Shown here: in pieces, positions 60,099-64,000 of the stretch
Numbering within the stretch: the stretch's first letter is position 1
Layout: each line of letters starts with the position of its first letter
Assembly (NCBI GenBank): GCA_050015375.1
Contig: JBEKBN010000006.1
Coordinates: forward strand, 454-64,453
Length of the DNA stretch: 64,000 bases
Direction: 5' to 3'
Source of the DNA: Minisyncoccia bacterium
GTDB taxonomy: Bacteria > Patescibacteriota > Minisyncoccia > 2-02-FULL-40-12 > IGHO2-01-FULL-4-A
Notes under the pieces: model-generated
What the model was told of the DNA's origin: nothing
The model's input: the letters and a program-made list of their open reading frames with translations, nothing else
Database searches by the model: none
Position numbers and translations under genes: made by a program

Positions 60099-60527
60099 AT
60101 GACGGAAGGTGAGAAAAAATATTTACTGGCGCGGCTGGATGACCTGTCGGGATCGCTCGAAAAAAATATTGGCGGCGCCGATCTGAAAAATATTTTGGAA
60201 TCCGAAAAAATGGTCTTGAAAATGAAACTGGATATTTTGTCGTTGCCGGTTTCGGAAAATGTTAACATGGATTTGCTGAAAAAACCTCGAACTTCGAGTA
60301 TCGGATTTATCCACAGGTTGGGAAATAAAAAAAATCGAGAGGAGATCGAAAAAAAGATTTTGGATCTGATCGGCGATAGGTTAGAAGTTGATAGCCAAGA
60401 AATTTACGCTTTCCTTCCCGAAATTAACAAACGAAACGTCCGGAGAGTGCTAAGCCAGCTTGTCGCGTCAGGAAGGATCAGAAGAGCGGTAAAGGGTAAT
60501 TTGGCGTTCATCAGCCGAATTGAATAA
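60099..60527 (+). CDS. hypothetical protein (142 aa)
   Basis: Charged coiled-coil-like protein. No motif. Confidence 0.45.
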   Translation: MTEGEKKYLLARLDDLSGSLEKNIGGADLKNILESEKMVLKMKLDILSLPVSENVNMDLLKKPRTSSIGFIHRLGNKKNREEIEKKILDLIGDRLEVDSQEIYAFLPEINKRNVRRVLSQLVASGRIRRAVKGNLAFISRIE

Positions 60528-61278
60528 AAGTGAGGAAAATCAGTTGTGCCGCCTCGGTTGCCGCCTCTAGGTTTAGAGGCAAAAAACGGGGGCTGGCCGT
60601 CTTCCCGGCCCGGCCGAGAAGATGGCCAGCCGACCCGCCGGCAGACCTTATCCACAGCCATTTGCTTGTGGACGGCGCGCGCGGGTTCTACAATGTATTC
60701 ATAACCGTTTAATTATCCACACTTTCGGGCTTGTATGATGTGTGGCTGATAGCATAAAATAAGGTAACGGTTAGTTTCGATGACGATGGTTGACGCAGGG
60801 AAAGGGTTTTGCTAGTATTGAGTGCGAGCCGCAAACAGACGGAGTTCATTGTTTGTTGACGGATATAAACAAGGAAAATCAATGCTTTTAAGAGATCGGA
60901 AAACTGCTGTCAGAAAGTAACCGTTTTGGTTGTTTTTTGCGTTATGCGGATCAATGTCAGTGCGAACTCTAATTACTAATGGCTATTCTTCGCTCCGACA
61001 TTGGTCTACATGGAATGGACATTGAAAACCGAATATATTGTTGCTCTTGATTGAAATTCTATGTAAGTTTTCTATTGATATTGTTGAGTCTTAAATCGGT
61101 CGAGCAAACGTGTTGGCGATAAGGGTCCGTGGTCGAACCCGGATCCGAAATAGCCAGACATGGTAAATCAAGACTCTAGTTTAAGACAAGGAATTATTTC
61201 TCTATTGTTCCCGGGTCAATTGACAAGGGAGCGATAAAGATATGACCGAATAAAAAAGGTCAAAAAATAAAATTAATT

Positions 61279-64000
61279 ATGAGTATTAACTTATCCAACC
61301 GCGGTTCCTTGAAAAAGGTTCTTCCGGTTGTAGTCATTGCGGCAGCGATGCTGGCAGTGGCGGGGTATGTCTGCTTCTCGGCGATTCAAGCCAGCGCAGC
61401 CACGCCTGCACAATACGGATTAAAGGAAGGCATGACCATCAGCGCGGTCGGTTCCAACGATCCGGATGTCTATATCATCAATGACGCGGGTTACAAGAGA
61501 TTGTTCATCAACCCGATCATTTTCAATATGTATGGTCAGTTGGGTGGATTCGCTGACGTACATTCCGTCTCGGCGGCAGTCCGGGACGCTTTCCCGACAT
61601 CGGGATTGTTCCGAAACTGCGAAGCCAACACCCAAGCAGTTTACGGCCTTGAAGTTACCGGCGAAGACACCGGTGTCCTTCACTGGGTGAATGTTACCGG
61701 CGATCAGGCGGTAGCCCAGGACCCGAACTTCTTCCAGAAAGTTTTCTGCATCAACAACAATGAGTTTAATTGGTACACGAATAATGGAACGAATTTCGGA
61801 GCCAATTATTCCTCAATCAGCCAGATCCCGAATTATTCCAGAACACCGGGAGTAACTCCGACATACACTCCAATTCCCAGCGGCCCGATTTCAGTAAGCT
61901 TAGCTTACGACAATCCGCCGTCTGGCACATTAGTCAAATCACAGGCAGCCGCTGATCTCGCCCATTTCCAATTCACCGGAAATAGCGTGGTCACCAATAT
62001 CCAATTTAACAGAATTGGCATCTCGGCTGACACCGACTTGGCTAATGTCTATCTGTACGATGGCGTGAAGCGTTTGACCGATGCCGCGAGCGTCACAAAT
62101 GGCCAGATCACTTTCAACGACACAAGCCCAACCGGCTTATTCACGGTCAATGGCTCACGGGTCATTTCCGTGCGTTCAGACCTGTCATCGAGCACCGGAG
62201 AAACTGTTGGAATTCAGCTCGTCCGCGTTAATGGCAATGCCGTTAACATTTCGGGCAACTTATTTACTGTTGCCAATGCTACATTGGCTACGGTTGTCCT
62301 TTCCAATGGAACAACTCCGGCCGCGAATGATTCTCTTGATCCGGCGAGCGATGTCGTGGTTTGGCAGGATACTGCCACTATCGGCACCCGTTATGTTTGG
62401 ATGAAGAGCTTGCAGATTCGAGTTATCGGTTCTGTCTATGTCGGCGACCTTCAGAACTTCCGTCTCTTAGTTGACGGCGTTCAACAGGGCCAGGCAATTT
62501 CGCAGTCCGATGCCAACGGTTATGTCGTGTTTGATTTGTCCGGTGCTCCGGTAAAACTTGAAACCGGCGGACGCGTCTTGAAAGTTTTGGCTGATGTCAT
62601 CAATGGCTCCAGCAGGAATTTCACGGCGTCATTGCGTCAAGCTCCAGACATATTCGTAGTTGATAACCAGTATGGTCAGAATGTGTTAGCCACGGTCCTT
62701 ACCGGTTCGTTCCCGGACAGCGCCGGCGAACAGACCATCAGCTCCGGCACTTTGACCTTCACCAGAACGCAAGATTCTCCATCGGGAGATGTAGTTAAAG
62801 GCGCCTCTGGCGTGACCTTGGCCAGGTTTGAATTAAAGGCCAATGGTGAAAAGATGAAAGCCGAAAGCTTACGGGCCAATGTTACTTATGCTCCGTTAGG
62901 AGTTACCGGCGCGAAAGCCGCATTTACCCTTCGTAACGGCGCACTGTTCGTCTATGATGAAGCGGCTGGAGTTTCTACGGCTACCCAGATCGGCAGTACC
63001 GCCGCTCTCTGCGGTTCCGGCAATCACACTTGCTCGGGCTATTCAGCTGCCGCCTCGCTTTCCTACACATCATACAGCCTGGGTTCTTCTTTGATCGTTG
63101 AACCGGGCCATCCGAAGATCATTGAAATTCGTGCTGACGCGTATGATGACGGCGATGCTACCGCGTTAACTTCAACCGATACCCTTGTTGCCAACTTTGC
63201 TATCGGCTCGACCAATGTTCAGAGCTTAACCTCTCTGGCATACACAAATGGTCCTACGGCCGCTAAAGCAGGCAATATATTGACCGTAAAAACCGGTTCA
63301 TTCTCCGTTGCAAAATACACGGGTTATGCCAACCAATCAGCGGTAACGCCGTCAAATGGCGTTAAGATCGGACACTTCACATTAATCGATACATCTACCG
63401 AAGATATCAACGTCAATACGATTACCTTCGATGTTGATCAATCCGGCAATATCGGTGCTACTTCGATTACAGACGCTTATATCAAGGTCTATAATGATAC
63501 CGGCTCTGTGATTTACACTTCGCCTTCTAAGGCCAGCATTTCAGTTTCTGCGTCAAACAGCTATTCGGTAAACTTTGTCATACCGAAGAATAAGACCTAT
63601 CAGGTTGAAGTTTGGGGTAATATCGCCGCCGGCCTTACAGCTACGACTGATTACTTCGACTTGAACTTAGACGCTTCTGGAATAACCACAAGTTCTTCCA
63701 CTACCGCGACGGCCACGCAGGCCACCGGACAGGTTATTACAATCCGGTCAGGTTCGTTGAATACCGCTAATGGTGCGGTTCCAGCAGCTCGATTGATCAA
63801 CGGAGGCCAGAGAGCGAATGTCTATAGCTTCACCATTACGCCGACTTATGACGACTACACGCTTGATGAAGTTTATGTGGATATCGCAAGCGGAACCGTT
63901 GCTTCAAACAGCGGTGCGGTTGCCAACTTGTACTTAACGGACGGTTCAACAACCTTGGGTACGGCCACATTAAACAGTTTGACTGGTTCGGCCTCATTCA
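61279..64000 (+). CDS. giant repeat-rich surface (S-layer/adhesin-like) protein, 5' part (partial, runs off window end)
   Basis: ATG at 61279. Signal peptide VLPVVVIAAAMLAVAGYVCFSAIQASAA, then more than 900 codons of open frame rich in T/S/N/G beta-repeat sequence to the window end. Not listed in the ORF track because it is open-ended. Confidence 0.7.
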   Translation, partial: MSINLSNRGSLKKVLPVVVIAAAMLAVAGYVCFSAIQASAATPAQYGLKEGMTISAVGSNDPDVYIINDAGYKRLFINPIIFNMYGQLGGFADVHSVSAAVRDAFPTSGLFRNCEANTQAVYGLEVTGEDTGVLHWVNVTGDQAVAQDPNFFQKVFCINNNEFNWYTNNGTNFGANYSSISQIPNYSRTPGVTPTYTPIPSGPISVSLAYDNPPSGTLVKSQAAADLAHFQFTGNSVVTNIQFNRIGISADTDLANVYLYDGVKRLTDAASVTNGQITFNDTSPTGLFTVNGSRVISVRSDLSSSTGETVGIQLVRVNGNAVNISGNLFTVANATLATVVLSNGTTPAANDSLDPASDVVVWQDTATIGTRYVWMKSLQIRVIGSVYVGDLQNFRLLVDGVQQGQAISQSDANGYVVFDLSGAPVKLETGGRVLKVLADVINGSSRNFTASLRQAPDIFVVDNQYGQNVLATVLTGSFPDSAGEQTISSGTLTFTRTQDSPSGDVVKGASGVTLARFELKANGEKMKAESLRANVTYAPLGVTGAKAAFTLRNGALFVYDEAAGVSTATQIGSTAALCGSGNHTCSGYSAAASLSYTSYSLGSSLIVEPGHPKIIEIRADAYDDGDATALTSTDTLVANFAIGSTNVQSLTSLAYTNGPTAAKAGNILTVKTGSFSVAKYTGYANQSAVTPSNGVKIGHFTLIDTSTEDINVNTITFDVDQSGNIGATSITDAYIKVYNDTGSVIYTSPSKASISVSASNSYSVNFVIPKNKTYQVEVWGNIAAGLTATTDYFDLNLDASGITTSSSTTATATQATGQVITIRSGSLNTANGAVPAARLINGGQRANVYSFTITPTYDDYTLDEVYVDIASGTVASNSGAVANLYLTDGSTTLGTATLNSLTGSASF

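Noticed and set aside
60590-60637. SRP (4.5S) RNA candidate at the GC-rich hairpin
   Set aside because: There is a 14-bp stem, but no GGAA tetraloop, no AGCAGCC domain IV motif and no extended terminal helix. Treated as an unassigned hairpin.

Overview
This window reads as a low-GC, gene-dense bacterial chromosome with short overlaps between genes, several TTG/GTG starts and few Shine-Dalgarno sites. A ribosomal protein block (rplF-rplR-rpsE-rplO-secY-adk-map) lacks rpmD (L30) between rpsE and rplO, a pattern described for Candidate Phyla Radiation/Patescibacteria genomes. I infer that affiliation from the sequence; it has not been searched against any database.

Recognisable genes, all from reading the ORF translations:
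- Housekeeping: galT, tpiA, pgk, rnhA, lepA, prfB (with the classic CUU-UGA-C +1 frameshift), ftsE, ftsX, htrA and an archaeal-type pdaD.
- Envelope and transport: a MacAB/HlyD-type efflux operon, a DrrAB-like ABC pair, a PAP2 phosphatase, a flotillin, and GT2, GT4, GH1 and GH5-like sugar enzymes.
- RNA genes: an RNase P RNA (minus strand, with a near-consensus sigma-70 promoter and two unusual insertions) and three tRNAs (Gly-CCC, Thr-CGU, Gln-CUG).
- Surface island at about 32.3-41.5 kb: a TasA-like protein with a SipW-cognate signal peptide next to SipW, a PEP-CTERM protein cassette flanked by about 70-bp direct repeats, a 1212-aa repeat-rich surface protein with a G9 tract in its signal-peptide region, and an adjacent dockerin/cohesin-like pair. 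A second giant surface protein begins at 61279 and runs off the window.

The most system-like novelty is a Panacea (DUF4065) antitoxin gene translationally coupled to an uncharacterised 136-aa partner, which I propose as a new PanA-PanT toxin-antitoxin pair.

The genome also carries at least three families of small repeats:
- An inverted-repeat element (TCCCGTTAGA...TCTAACGGGA, 78-113 bp) present three times, each ending exactly at the ATG of an envelope gene.
- A roughly 29-bp palindrome (CCCCCACACTCA-loop-TGAGTGTGGGGG) inserted in frame inside lepA, a GH1 gene and a GH5-like gene, at the 3' end of a GT4 gene, and once between genes. A second, GC-rich 50-bp palindrome is also inserted in frame in GH1.
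- Tracts with 7-nt periodicity (CTANNNN) inside tpiA and lepA, in an RNase P helix, and forming the leaders of two TTG-start genes.

Other points of note are a PaaX/Cas2-like regulator flanked by 40-bp palindromes, a duplicated 3' end of tRNA-Gly, a GC-rich 186-bp element with inverted-repeat termini after lepA, and a P-loop protein with a GSGRTT Walker A variant.
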